DNA of 62,408 nucleotides, counting the filler, from Sluysia triapertura (taxonomy: Eukaryota), in the NCBI GenBank assembly GCA_046118255.1. It is 5 parts of 5 records of this genome, joined end to end, with 100 filler letters (N's around TTAATTAATTAA, not from the genome) between each part and the next. Parts side by side here need not be neighbours in the genome. Positions count along the whole stretch, not along the records: positions 40,336 to 51,375 come from JBJNIA010189764.1; positions 51,476 to 62,408 come from JBJNIA010191340.1; 3 more parts are not named here. The stretch is one strand, 5' to 3'. The notes beneath the pieces are model-generated. The model searched no databases, was not told the DNA's origin, and saw only the letters and a list, made by a program, of their open reading frames with translations. Positions 50,209-62,172 of this stretch are shown here, in pieces. Position 1 is the stretch's first letter; every line of letters begins with the position of its first letter. The translations under genes and the position numbers were made by a program.

Positions 50209-50674
50209 TTCACTAACAACTATAATATTATAAACGGAAATTACTAAGTAAACATTAATGTAAGCATCAAAATTTGTCCTAAAAATTATATTTTACTTTG
50301 TAAAATAGTTATTAATTGTTACATTAATTTTTAAGAACTCCTTTTACTAAATCTGTACTGGTAAATTAAATTAATGACTATTCTCAATGTTGATTGTGTG
50401 GTAGCCAACTCAATAATTCGAAAATTTATTCCAATAATTTACAACATTTCACAACTCTTAATACTTGCAAATATTTCAAACATAAAATTTCTCAACGTAA
50501 AAATCATAATCAATATCGCACTTCATCAAATATATCTTTAAAAAATTAATTCAAAGCATCGTTAATTTAATTTAACACATCGCACATAAAATCATATTCT
50601 ATAACATTTAACCATTTTTTCATCAAAACCTTTTTCATGTTTTATTTCCTTTACATCCACTAAAACAATCCTAT

Positions 50675-51000
50675 TTTATAACTTTATAACATTAAAATCA
50701 CATTCACTTAAAGAATTAATAACGTACATTTCAAAAATTCATCAAAAATATTTTATTCATAATTCATTACAGTACAATCATATGTATATTTGTTAACATA
50801 CCACAACTACCTTTTAGAATGTATCAAAACCCTTATTATATTTTATTTCTGTCAGATTCACTAGAATCATTTTTTATATCGTAAAACATTTAATTCACAG
50901 TTTTAAACATCCTAACTTTACTTCCAGTTGAAACTATCAATCCACATTTTTAAACTAAGCTAAAACATTTTTACGCATTATGTAATAACATTAAAATCAC
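50675..51000 (-). repeat. Dispersed repeat family A, copy 2
   Basis: Reverse-complement homology to 3925-4345; contains GTGATTTTAATGTTAT twice. Confidence 0.7.
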
Positions 51001-51375
51001 AATTACATCTCAAACTATCAAATTTACACCTTAAATTCAATCCAAAATATTAGAAGCTTACAATCTTTTAACACTCAGTTTCTAAGACATTTGTATTAAA
51101 TAAAGAAATTTAATTATGTTTAGAAGTTTTTCAATAAAAGTGTTATTATTGTGGATTTTATTAATTTTATTATTTTCAATTTATTTTATTTCAAAGTCGA
51201 ACTGTATTTTATTAACATTTTTGAATTTTATTATTTTCAATTTATTTTATTTTGTGATTTATATCAATTTGGAATTCTGAATTTTATTAATTTTATTAAT
51301 TATCAAGTTATTTTATTTGGAAATTTTAAATTATAGTAAGTTTTAATTTTAAAATTATTAATTAATTTAAATTTT

Positions 51376-51475
51376 NNNNNNNNNNNNNNNNNNNNNNNNN
51401 NNNNNNNNNNNNNNNNNNNTTAATTAATTAANNNNNNNNNNNNNNNNNNNNNNNNNNNNNNNNNNNNNNNNNNNN
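51376..51475. other. Assembly gap with six-frame-stop linker
   Basis: N44-TTAATTAATTAA-N44. Confidence 0.98.
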
Positions 51476-51548
51476 AAAATTCTGGGGGGTAAAATTACCC
51501 CCCAGGTTGACTAAAACGTCACAATTACATTCGGTTGACGGACAAAGG
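51476..51548. mobile_element. One end of a piggyBac-type element, truncated by the gap
   Basis: Palindrome CTGGGGGGTAAAATTACCCCCCAG followed by GGTTGACGGACAAAGG-TTAA. Confidence 0.55.
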
Positions 51549-51594
51549 TTAAGTTTTATTTTTCAATATTAATAAAAAATAATCAAATGTAAAA

Positions 51595-52622
51595 TTCCTC
51601 CCCCCAAAATAGCAGAATTAAAAAAGAAAGTAAATTTAAAATTTCACTTAAATCATAGATCTTCTATTTTCGGGACAATAATTTCGCATTAATATTTTAA
51701 GTATTTCCTGATATACTTTCTCATCATCCAATTAAACACTCTCACACAAATCATCCAAACCTCCTTGAGAATTAAACTAACAACAACTTTGACAATTATT
51801 TGGTACAGTCTGTAAAACTTTTTAAGTACAAAACACAAAAAATTGATTAATGATCAACCGTCACTTTCTTTTAACTCTATTCAATCTCTTTTTATTTAAT
51901 CTACTTCTCATATTAATATAATAATCAACAGTATTGTTAATATACATACAAAATAATGAATTTAATTTGAGTTTTCAGAATTTAATCGATTTTCGATTTT
52001 TCATACCAAATTTTCTAATGAAAATGTTTAAGGTTCTCAAAAAACCACTTCTAATTTCTCCAATTTCACAGCAATCATCTCATATTCAATTCATTATATT
52101 TTCATCATTCTAAGTATAAGAAATTCAACATTCCACAATTAAGAATCAATTAAAATTTGACTTTGCTCAATATTAAGGCTTTCCTTGCACGAACTCTGTC
52201 AAACCATATCTCATCAAAAGGTCTTTTTAAAACAAATAAATTCACAACTTTGACACAGCATTCCGCAATCAAACACTATTCACAAATATAAACTTTTTCT
52301 TAATTAAGTTAATTCATTAATCTATATTTAGACTTTATCTTATTTTATGTTTAAAAGTTTTATAAAGGTACTTTATAAGGCACTCATGGATTTCTAGAAG
52401 CTTTCACCTTCACCTCTCTTATTCCTTTTTCTACCATACTAGATTTATCCTAATACCAATAATAATGATTTTATTTTTCAAATATTTTAAAGATTTTAAA
52501 TACTCGAAGGTGTTAAATGCTTATCGAAGTTTCAAGAATACTCAAAGGTTAATGAAGTCTCACTGTTCACAAGTTCAAAGGTGCCTCAATACCTTTAGAT
52601 GTTTTCCGAGTTCATCTCAAGC
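51595..52622 (-). repeat. Dispersed repeat family B, copy 2
   Basis: Collinear diverged copy of 31345-32362. Confidence 0.85.
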
Positions 52623-53073
52623 CCACACAAGGTCTCAATATCCTATATGGGTCTTTGCTACTCCAAGATATTCTTCAGTTATTACCTTTACTATAGATGT
52701 TTTCTTCTTTAGCATTCTCACTCTAACAATGTTTACAATGTTCTATCCATCACTTGGATCACTTCTTCATTTACTTAAGTTGCTTACTTATTTAATCCCA
52801 ACAATATAATGTAAATAATATAAAGTAATATTAATATATCAAATTAAATAGGTGTATTCTAAAAGTTGCATGGATTGTGATGAATGTTTTGTTAATTTGT
52901 GAGTCATAGGATGAACCACCACAATAACATCTTTCAATGAGCAATTAAATTTGGATTTGACGTACTGATATCAATGTTTAAGTTAAGAATTCATTACTAA
53001 TATTTTGGATAAGGTTGAAAGAAAAAGTATTGTCCAACTTATCTATTTCAGCTCAATTAGTGATACACAAATA

Positions 53074-53759
53074 TAGGGTCACCAAAGTAACCAAATCGCA
53101 AACTTAAATAAAAATTAGATATCAAAAACGACAAATGTAATTTCTTCTTTTATGTCATTTTATGTTATCTTCGCTACCATTAATTTCTTTCTGTGAATAG
53201 TAGTCTTTGGAATAACTTTTATTGCGTGATCTTATTGATTTTGTTACCGAAACGGAAGTCAATGTTCCTGGAATCGGCAGCACTGGCCTGTTAATGATGA
53301 ACGTTACCTTGATATGCTGAAGACTAAAGTGTTTCCTATTAATGCGTTCCCCCATTTCGGTGATCTTCATTTTCAACAAGATGGAACACCTGCGCACTAA
53401 ACCAAAAATGTTCGTTAATGGCTTCGTGAAGCATTTCCTGGACGTTGGATTGGACGCCGAGGACGAACCGAATGGCCTGCGAAATCTCCGGATCTGACAC
53501 CGCCTGATTTTTTTTCTAAAGAACGCAGTTTAACCCAAAAAGTTTAGGACAATTGATCAACTATTCAGCACGAATGGAACCAAATTTCAGAGGAAACTTG
53601 ACATAAAGTATGTCGCAGTGTTGACAAAAGATGTGCTTATATTGAAGTTCAAAGTGGACATTTTAAACATTTGTAAATACTAAATATACCTATTAAATTT
53701 GTTTTTTGTATCTAATTTGTATTTAAGTTTGCGGTTGGTTACTTTTGGGACAATCCCTA
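53074..53759 (+). mobile_element. Internally deleted DD41D (rosa/Visitor-type) Tc1/mariner element
   Basis: TA-flanked TIRs of about 50 bp (TAGGG..CCAAAGTAACCAA..CGCAAACTTAAATA). FQQDGTPAH..WLREAFPGRWIGRRG..EWPAKSPDLTPPDFF has 41 residues between the second and third catalytic Asp. Confidence 0.9.
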
Positions 53760-53828
53760 TATATCAGAATTATTAAATTTTGGTTTATTGAAATTATTAA
53801 TAAGAAAATATACTAATTTCACCCTAGA

Positions 53829-53874
<46 letters not shown>

Positions 53875-53908
53875 TTAGTCTTATTCTTATTCTTATTATG
53901 AAATTTAG

Positions 53909-54157
53909 CACAAACTTGATGCTTCAGCAAAGATTTATAATGTTATTCAAAATGAGCGCAATAAATTCGCGAATTTGATCAGTACTGCAACGCAAAAAGG
54001 ATCCGAATTGAGAGAAAAATTAAACGTCTATGATAATGAAATAGAAATATTGAAAACGAAATTAAACTATATTGAAGGTTTAGTGCAAAAGCAACGAACA
54101 AAATTCATCGAAATAATTTCAGTTAGAGATTCGCTGAGATCAGAAATATCTAAAGAA
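53909..54157 (+). CDS. CCDC146: CCDC146 (MBO2) coiled-coil axonemal protein, exon
   Basis: HKLDASAKIYNVIQNERNKFANLI...NEIEILK matches CCDC146 AKLYDTIRNERNKFVNL...NELEILR. Confidence 0.88.
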
Positions 54158-55809
54158 GTTTGTTTTATTTTAATTATGGATATTAAATTATAATATCATA
54201 TATTATTACAAGTCATTTGTATTTCAATGTTTGATATTATTAAATGATTTTGAAATTCTTAATCTCAACATGGTAACCAATGACATTCTGTAAATATTTG
54301 TCAAGAAATACGTATTTGTCATGAAATATGCTTTTTTAAATAATACAAATTATCGTTATTTATTTTAATCATTTTTTGAGATAGAAAAGGCTTAAATGTT
54401 TTGAATTTTCAGCACATCTTAAACTTATTTTCATTAATAAATAATCTTTTTATAAAACTTCTAATAATTTTCCATCAAATTATAATATTAAAGAGTCCTT
54501 TATTTAAAACAACCTTTCAGACTACAAAAAAAACATATAAAAACATATGAATTAAGCCCTTCCCTGATTATTTATTTTTCAGTAGTGAAAATGCGAAGAC
54601 AAAATAATTTTTTTCTAATAGAAAAACAAATAAAACTGGACAAACAGGGTAATAAAACATACAATGTAATATTAAATAATAACAAAAGTAGTGTATAAAG
54701 ATATTTCCAACGTTGTTTTATAAGTATTATGAAGATTATTTTTTTGGTCCATATATATGTACAGGATTTTATGCACTGGTCAGTTTTAGTTACCACTTAA
54801 ATATACGGAATGAAAAGAAAGTAAAAATAAATTTTGAAATTAAAAATAAATGTTTTTGTTAAAAATATTTGTTCAATTTATAACAATTTGAAACAATATT
54901 TGAAATCGAAAAAATTTAATTTTAATACATAATTTTAACAAACTGTCAATTTATTGAAAATATTATGAAACTTTAAAAAATTCAAAATTGACGTAAAAAT
55001 TTGTGCGAATAGATTATAAACGAAAGTATTATTCGATCATTTGAACCAAAACATCTGATTAAATGCAATTAAAATTCGAAAGACTTGTTGAATTACTTAT
55101 TACAAATATTACAAATTCTTTATCTTGTAAATAGCTCAAAAAATTTTATTATTTTTCGATAATTCGACTGTGATTCCTGGAGACCTTACATCATCTCCAA
55201 TCTGATAATTCTGAAAAACAAATCGAGTAAAGTTAAATGTCCTTCTCATGATTTGGTCATCTTGTAGTTCTTTGAATCTTGAAATTTAAATAATGTATCG
55301 TTACTTGAAAATATTTTAACGATTAATTTCTTAGTTTTTTCAATAAGGATGAAAACTTCTTGAACTGACCATTTCAGAATCTGCACATGTCAAATAGATA
55401 AATAGTTTTTTTTGATATTAGAATTTTTTTATTTTTAAAAATACCTCCTCATAAATATTCAAGCGTCTAAATTTTTTTAGAGTAATAAATTATTGTAATA
55501 AAAAATATTCACTTGTATTACTTTTAAGATAATTCGTATTAGTTTTTATCTTTTACGTAATGATAAAACTTTTCTGTGCCTAACTTTAAAATATGATGAG
55601 TAATCTTTATTTTTTATAAATTCTATCATTCGGAGCGATAAAAAAGACGGAATTGAAAATTTTTTAGTTAAAATTTTAACTCTCTAAACTCGAAAATGAA
55701 TCAAACTCTTAACAATAAAACAAGTAAACCTAAGAAATGGTTTACAATTAAAATTAGTTTATTTAGATGCCTAAAATTTAATTAATTACATTTACATTTA
55801 AAAATAAAA

Positions 55810-55858
<49 letters not shown>

Positions 55859-55872
55859 TTAAAACTTGACAG

Positions 55873-56064
55873 AAATTTATCGATATCGAATTACAAGATA
55901 AACGAAAGCAGTTACAACTAGATATTCGGCAACTAAATCAGTTAAGTAACGAATGGGAAAAGAAGAAAATGGATCTACGTGGACAGTATGACAGAGCATT
56001 GAAAAGTAGAAATGATCGTGCAGTTCAATTAATTGAAAGAAATGAAGAAGTTTGCATATTACAG
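55873..56064 (+). CDS. CCDC146: CCDC146 exon
   Basis: ..LRGQYDRALKSRNDRAVQLIERNEEVCILQ matches [29 protein letters not shown]. Confidence 0.92.
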
Positions 56065-56913
56065 GTATTATTTTTCTTATTGTATCAAGGTCGTAATGCT
56101 GGAATTTTTGCCTTTTTATAACAAACAAATTTATCTTAAAGGTTAAATTAAAAAAGTTGTATGTAATTTCAAAATTGTGTTTATTTCACAGGATTTTCAG
56201 ATGTTTCCTTAGTGGATATTGAAAGTTTAAGAAGTTGATAATTCAGTACTGCATTCTTTCCACAATTATCCCAAAAACTTTCATATTTAATCTAGCGTTT
56301 CAAAAAAATTGGAAAGGTTTCACAAATATTCGAAAAATTTCTTTTCCATTTTCGGATGAATCAAATTTTAACCTTTGTAATTCCAAAAATTTTGATTATT
56401 CAATGTAACTCTTTATTAGTCATGCAGTAAACAATGACAAAATATTAACTTTTTCTTGTTTCGGCGCATTTAAATCTATCGACTAAAAGATTTATAAGTC
56501 CATTATAAGTATTATAAGTCCATAACACATACGCACACTTTCTGAGAATCATTTATGTTCTACATGATAAATAATCAAGAGCGGATTAAATGAGTTTCGT
56601 GATTCAAAACTCTCATTCAACATTATAATCACAAAAATTAAGAACATATTTAATTATTACATCTACTATTACTACTCGCTATTACATCTACTGCTATTAC
56701 TATCCTTACCACTATCACTATTATTACTTTTACTTAATATTACTATTGCTCCAACTCAATGTTATTTCTAATTTTTATTATTATAATCATGATTATTAAT
56801 TTTTATTATATTCTATTATTATTTATATCATTAATATTATTATTTATATTACTATTATTACTATTAATATGGTTATTATTATTAATACATTATTACTGTA
56901 ATTAGAAGCATCA

Positions 56914-56951
<38 letters not shown>

Positions 56952-57832
56952 ATAAATATTATTTATACTACTTTTATTAATATTAACTAATTATCATTCT
57001 AAATTATTGAAAAAATAATATAAATAAATAAAAACTTTTAATTTTTTAAATTTCAATTAATATTAGCATATTAGCTACTTTCTATTATCAGTAATGCATA
57101 ATATCTTATCATTACCTTCATCAATACATTCTATATCACCAATATCTAGCTTCGTCATCTTCATCATTGCCATTTACATTATCGCATTTTACACACAATC
57201 AAGTCCTAGATAAAGGTGGGAGTCGTAGTACTACGATTTATCTCGACTGTAGCTTAAAGGCGGGGTTCGAATTAGTACAGTTTGCAACCACATTGCGCAA
57301 TCCATGCGCCACTTTACATTTGTATTTAGTATGCTTTGTGGTTTGAAGCTGTTCGGTTGTTCAAATTCTACTTACAGTAAATATTATTCTCGCCTTTAAT
57401 GTGTTAATATTAGCACACCATTATCGCCAAGATATTATTTTCATGATTTCCATATGACGAATTTAGGAAAATTACATACTTCATTGGCGAAACTTTTCAT
57501 TCGGTATATTGCAGGTCTTTTTGCTTGTTCATTTTTTTCCTTTGTGACTAGAAAGAATCGCATAATTGCTTAGTAGATCAAAAATTATATTTCTTGAAAT
57601 TGAACTATGGATATTTATGATTGCTTTATCTAAAATATCATATCATGGCTATCTCCCGGCGTTACGTATTTATATTTGTAGATATTATATATTTATAATA
57701 CATCAGAGATATCAATTTCAGATTTTGTGTTAATGTAATTTCAAGTTTTTCTTTTAATGCCAAATTTTTGCTTTGTATAATTTATATTGCTTTTAATAAA
57801 ATTATCAAATAATATCGGCTTTTATTTTTCAG

Positions 57833-58015
57833 GAAAAATACAATATTAAAGAACAAATAATAAAAAATGGTGAGAAAGAAGTACTGATACGTAATGATGA
57901 AATTGATTACATGCAACAAAACATTAGAGAATTAAAACGTCAAATCAATGTATACAGACAAAAAGTTGATACACGTAACAAAATATGTAAAGAAATTGAA
58001 AACTTAAAAATACAG
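57833..58015 (+). CDS. CCDC146: CCDC146 exon
   Basis: EKYNIKEQIIKNGEKEV...ELKRQI...LKIQ; canonical sites, phase 0-0. Confidence 0.9.
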
Positions 58016-58421
58016 GTAAGTTATTTAATTTTGTTAAAAACATATAATGTTATTAAACCTTATAGAGTTTGTATTGAATGGAAATTTGCTTTTTAATATT
58101 ATATTTTCAACATAAAATTATACTACTATTAAAATGTAAGTAGATTGTTTTAATAAAATTTTTTCTTATTATACGCTTGTATAAATAATTGTATAACTTT
58201 ACTAAGATTGTAATATTCTGTCGTTATAAAATTATTGAAGCAACTTTTATTACGCTTAAAGTATGCGTAAACGTAACTTCGCAAAAACAGTGTGTATTTC
58301 ACACCTAACCTTCTCCACTTAGACTTAGCTCATGACAACAGGTCGATCGCGACACATTTTTTGATGAAAATAGATCATATGTACACATAATTTTACAAAT
58401 AACTAAAATTTACATTTTCAG

Positions 58422-58660
58422 TTATCAATTTGTCAAGAACGTCAAAAATCATTAGAATTAGCCGTTGAAAATCCAGAAACTGAAAAACGGACTCGAATAC
58501 TTGACGGAAGTGATCCGACGGCAGTAAATTTACAAGAAAGTATACAAAAATTAGAATTAAAACTTGCTACGAAAGATGAAATGTTAATGGAAAAAGAATT
58601 ATTATTGGATGCAGTTACAAGATTAGTATGTAAATTAGAAGAAAAAGTCAATTTTACTAA
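58422..58660 (+). CDS. CCDC146: CCDC146 exon
   Basis: LSICQERQKSLE..NPETEKRTRILDGSDP...LELKLATKDEMLMEKELLLDAVTRL. Confidence 0.92.
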
Positions 58661-59070
58661 GTATGATATTTAAAATGTTTAATTTTTAATTACTATTTAT
58701 TTATTGATATTTGAAAGTAGAATATTTATGATTATGAACAATTAAGCTTAATGTGTATATCAGGATAAAATTAAGAAAAGATGATAGTCTTTAAACTTAG
58801 AATCAAAATAATGCATTACATTTATTAAAATTTCTTACATTTTTTACATTATGCAAATAATTAAATTAAACCATTTTAATTATTACATAAATAATATTTT
58901 ATGAAGTTTAGAAAAACTAATTTTATTTCTGTATATTGAAGTATTTGATTTCTATTATTTAGGACTTATTTTTCAAAACGTTATGTTTAAAATGTCTTAT
59001 CAATAAATATAAACACAATCAAAAACATAATCAAACACATTTAACAATTTTGTTTTTTGTTTTAATTCAG

Positions 59071-59209
59071 AGGGGATACTTTAAATTTGGCTACAGAATT
59101 AAATGAATACAAAGCTCAAATGGGAAAAATTATAAAGAAATTGAAGGCGCAAACTGCAGAATTAACAATGAATATGTCTGAGACTATAAAACTACAACAA
59201 GATGTAAAA
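59071..59209 (+). CDS. CCDC146: CCDC146 exon (more exons expected downstream)
   Basis: GDTLNLATELNEYK...AELTMNMSETIKLQQDVK|GTAAGT matches DTLLLAKKMNGY...AELSM...LQKEV. Confidence 0.9.
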
Positions 59210-60200
59210 GTAAGTAATGAAATTTTAATTACTATTTCATATAATTAACTTTCTATTTATGATAAATATTAGTCATACATGTTCTTGTAACATAATTTTT
59301 AAACAGATATGACATGAGAAATATTCAACCTATTTTCAAAGATAGTGTGTCGCTTGTTTCTGTTTAATTTTTAAAATGTTAATAAAAGAGACTGAAATAG
59401 ATATTGTTATGCGGTGTGATCCGCAATTAGAGAAAGTCACAGCAGCAGATGTATGTAGACTGATATGTAAAGTATAAAATTGATACAATTATGATTAAAA
59501 AGGTTTTGTGTTAGATACTTAGAGCTTAAAGATAAAGATAGAATGTTTAAGATATAGACGTCAAATTTCTAAGATAAGTGTGTTTTTTGATGAAAATTAA
59601 AGAAAAAGAATGTTATAAATTTGCAAATGCTTGATGAAATTTTCCAATAATATTTAAAAAATTAAAGGGTCGTTACCGGTGACAAAAATAGATATTATCG
59701 TAACAAAGAAAATGAAAAGTATTGGTTGTATAACAGGAAGGTTGGTTAAGGAGTCATTAAAAAAGGCACATTTTTGTAGAACTTTAAAGAGGTCAAATCA
59801 GATCAAAAGAATTGAAGTTATTGTGATTGGCAATTAATAAGATCCCAAACTTTACATGTTAAAAAAACAAAGAAGTTAATAAATAATCTTGATGGATTTA
59901 AATTAATTTCACATTCAACTAATACTTTTAATCATTCTTGATATGAAGAACTTTTCGATTCTAAAAGCAAAGTGGTATTAAACAGTTGCACCTCTGTTAG
60001 CAAGACTGTGAAGATATGATATATTAATTTTAAATAATAAATCTATAGTTTGAATGAAAATATTTTTTAGCTTTTTCGAAAATGGTATATTACATGAATT
60101 CAAACCTTTTACGACTTGTACTAGAAAATATATTATAAAGGTTTATATCTAATAGGGTAGTTTTCCAACAAAATAAATCTATTTGTTAAATAGACTTAGA

Positions 60201-60285
60201 ATAATTAGTTGATATATTAGTTGATAATTAGTTGATAATTAGTTGATAATTAGTTGATATAATAATTATATATTAGTTGATATAT
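60201..60285. repeat. 11-bp minisatellite (GATAATTAGTT)n
   Basis: Four to six tandem units between two convergent decayed ORFs. Confidence 0.85.
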
Positions 60286-60289
60286 AAAT

Positions 60290-61710
60290 GACAAATTATT
60301 GAATTATCATTAAATATTTTCCACCAGGGAATGCCAAATCAAAATAATATCGTTTTAGGGAATTATTAGATTTGTATGATAGATACCAATTTAGGGAGTT
60401 AAATGTTATTTTATAATAAATTAATAGAGTTATGTTAGGATCCTTACATCTGTTTGATAATAGTTTGTTATTTGCTATAAAGTTATAATACCGAATTTTG
60501 ATAAGTTTATTATTACTAAGTTTACATTTAGCGGTTGAAAATTGATAAGTACATAATTTATAAGATTACTTTTTAATTCACGGAAATTAAATTTAAAATT
60601 GTTACTAAATATATCGTCGATGAAATATTTAAAAAGCATGCAAGAACGATTATTTATTAATTTATACAACGTAATGAAACGATAATTAATAATTTTCAAA
60701 GTTTTGTCTAATGTTACTGTTAATTTTTTTAATGCACATCGGTAGGCCTCGCGCTGGAATCATGATCTAAAAATATTAGAATATAGAAATAAAAATTCGG
60801 ATAAGCAAAATAAAAATTCGGATAAGCAAAATAAAAATTTACTATGAGTATCGTTTCGGAATAACTGTCATTGACTTTGTTCTGAAAAAACTTGATAATC
60901 CTGGATCTTCTTTTTGTAACATGAAGCATATCAGTATGGAAAAATTTGACTCGTGAAAGAAGACGTATTTCAAATTTGTAATTTGATGGTAACGTAATTA
61001 AGTCGTGTGTAGTATCGTGAAGACGAACATTTATGATAAAATTTAAAACAAAATTGGCCAAGAGATGCGGAATACTTTCCTCAGTAGTACGAATGTCAAC
61101 TGTATCGATGACTTTATTTTGTTGAATCCTTTTGCTCAATTTAACTGAATAAATCAAATCATACAAACTATTAGGGATGACACCCTTATGAATCATATAT
61201 TTAATTGGAACCAACATAGACTCTGACTTATTAAATTCAGTATCTTGATTCACTAAAAATAATGGTGATTCTAAACTGAACTCTTTGAAAATTGTAGATA
61301 ATGTGATGATGTCTATCAAACATTTTATTTGGGTCTGATAAATTACTAGATAATTTTGTAATCTAGCGTTGATTGCATTTATTGATTTAGTTTTGTTCGA
61401 TACATTTAAAGGTTTTGATTTATGCCATAGAGCTGAGTCGTATAACTTTAAGCTTAAAGTAGGTATCAAACTTTTGTATAATCTTGAAATAGTACTTGAT
61501 AATAAATATGACTAATTAACAGTAATTTTATCATAGATAATTCTCGATTGTTGCAAATGTTGATTTATTAATGACAACTGAATCATAATATCATGATTTT
61601 CATTCAGTTAAAGCATTACTAGTAACTTTAAGGTTGTATTGTCTTTCGGAAACTCGTTCCGAGATAAAACTATGATATGACTAATAATTGGAATTTGAAG
61701 ATAAAGTCAT
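60290..61710 (-). pseudogene. Long intronless ORF of unknown family with scattered in-frame stops, antisense to CCDC146
   Basis: ORFs 60729..61469 and 60475..60699 share a frame that continues up- and downstream through isolated TAA/TAG stops (about 470 codons). Contains a 21-bp in-frame tandem duplication at 60787-60839. Confidence 0.55.
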
Positions 61711-61874
61711 TTCTTTGTTTGTTTAATTGTCGCCAGGATCATCAATGATAAAATTAATCCAAAAATTCTATTAGACTTAACGAAGTTAATAAATGATTAT
61801 TGTCCGTAGTAGTTGTAGCAACTGCGTAATATTAAAATTATGAAAATTCTTTTTTACTACATGTTTAGTGGTTG

Positions 61875-61933
61875 GTCATCCAATCAGAATTCTGGTAAGT
61901 ATGGTTTAGTAGAATTTATTCTGATTGGATGAC
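61875..61933. promoter_or_regulatory. Perfect 16-bp inverted repeat made of two CCAAT boxes
   Basis: GTCATCCAATCAGAAT (61875-90), 27-bp spacer, ATTCTGATTGGATGAC (61918-33). TATAAA and a third ATTGG follow within 55 bp. Confidence 0.5.
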
Positions 61934-62112
61934 AGTTGCAAGAGTATAAATTCATTTATGAAAATAGTAATTACTAATGATTGGCCATCATCAGTGTTGA
62001 CACAATAATGATAATTGTGACGAGCAACGTCAGCACTGGTAATGGTAGTAACAAATAAAGTTCATATTTATATTATTTTGTAAAAATTTAATTAATAAAT
62101 AATTTCATAATT

Positions 62113-62114
62113 TG

Positions 62115-62154
<40 letters not shown>

Positions 62155-62172
62155 TATTGTTATTATTATTAT
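62113..62172. repeat. (TAA)n/(TTA)n microsatellite
   Basis: Directly visible. Confidence 0.9.

Noticed and set aside
57210-57310. GC-richer patch with GGTTCGAAT and a TCGTAGTACTACGA palindrome
   Set aside because: B-box-like only; no A box at proper spacing and no cloverleaf.
55877-58651. Minus-strand ORFs 55877..56128 and 58442..58651 (also 13329..13517, 18244..18480, 21272..21508)
   Set aside because: Antisense shadows of CCDC146 and ANKAR exons.
60201-60285. CRISPR-like array
   Set aside because: Tandem 11-mers with no unique spacers, eukaryotic context and no cas genes.
60290-61710. Alternative genetic code (TAA/TAG read-through) explaining in-frame stops in the orphan ORFs
   Set aside because: Host exons contain no in-frame TAA/TAG and the basonuclin gene ends in TAA. 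Clearly decayed transposases here show the same TAA stops, so AT-biased decay is sufficient.
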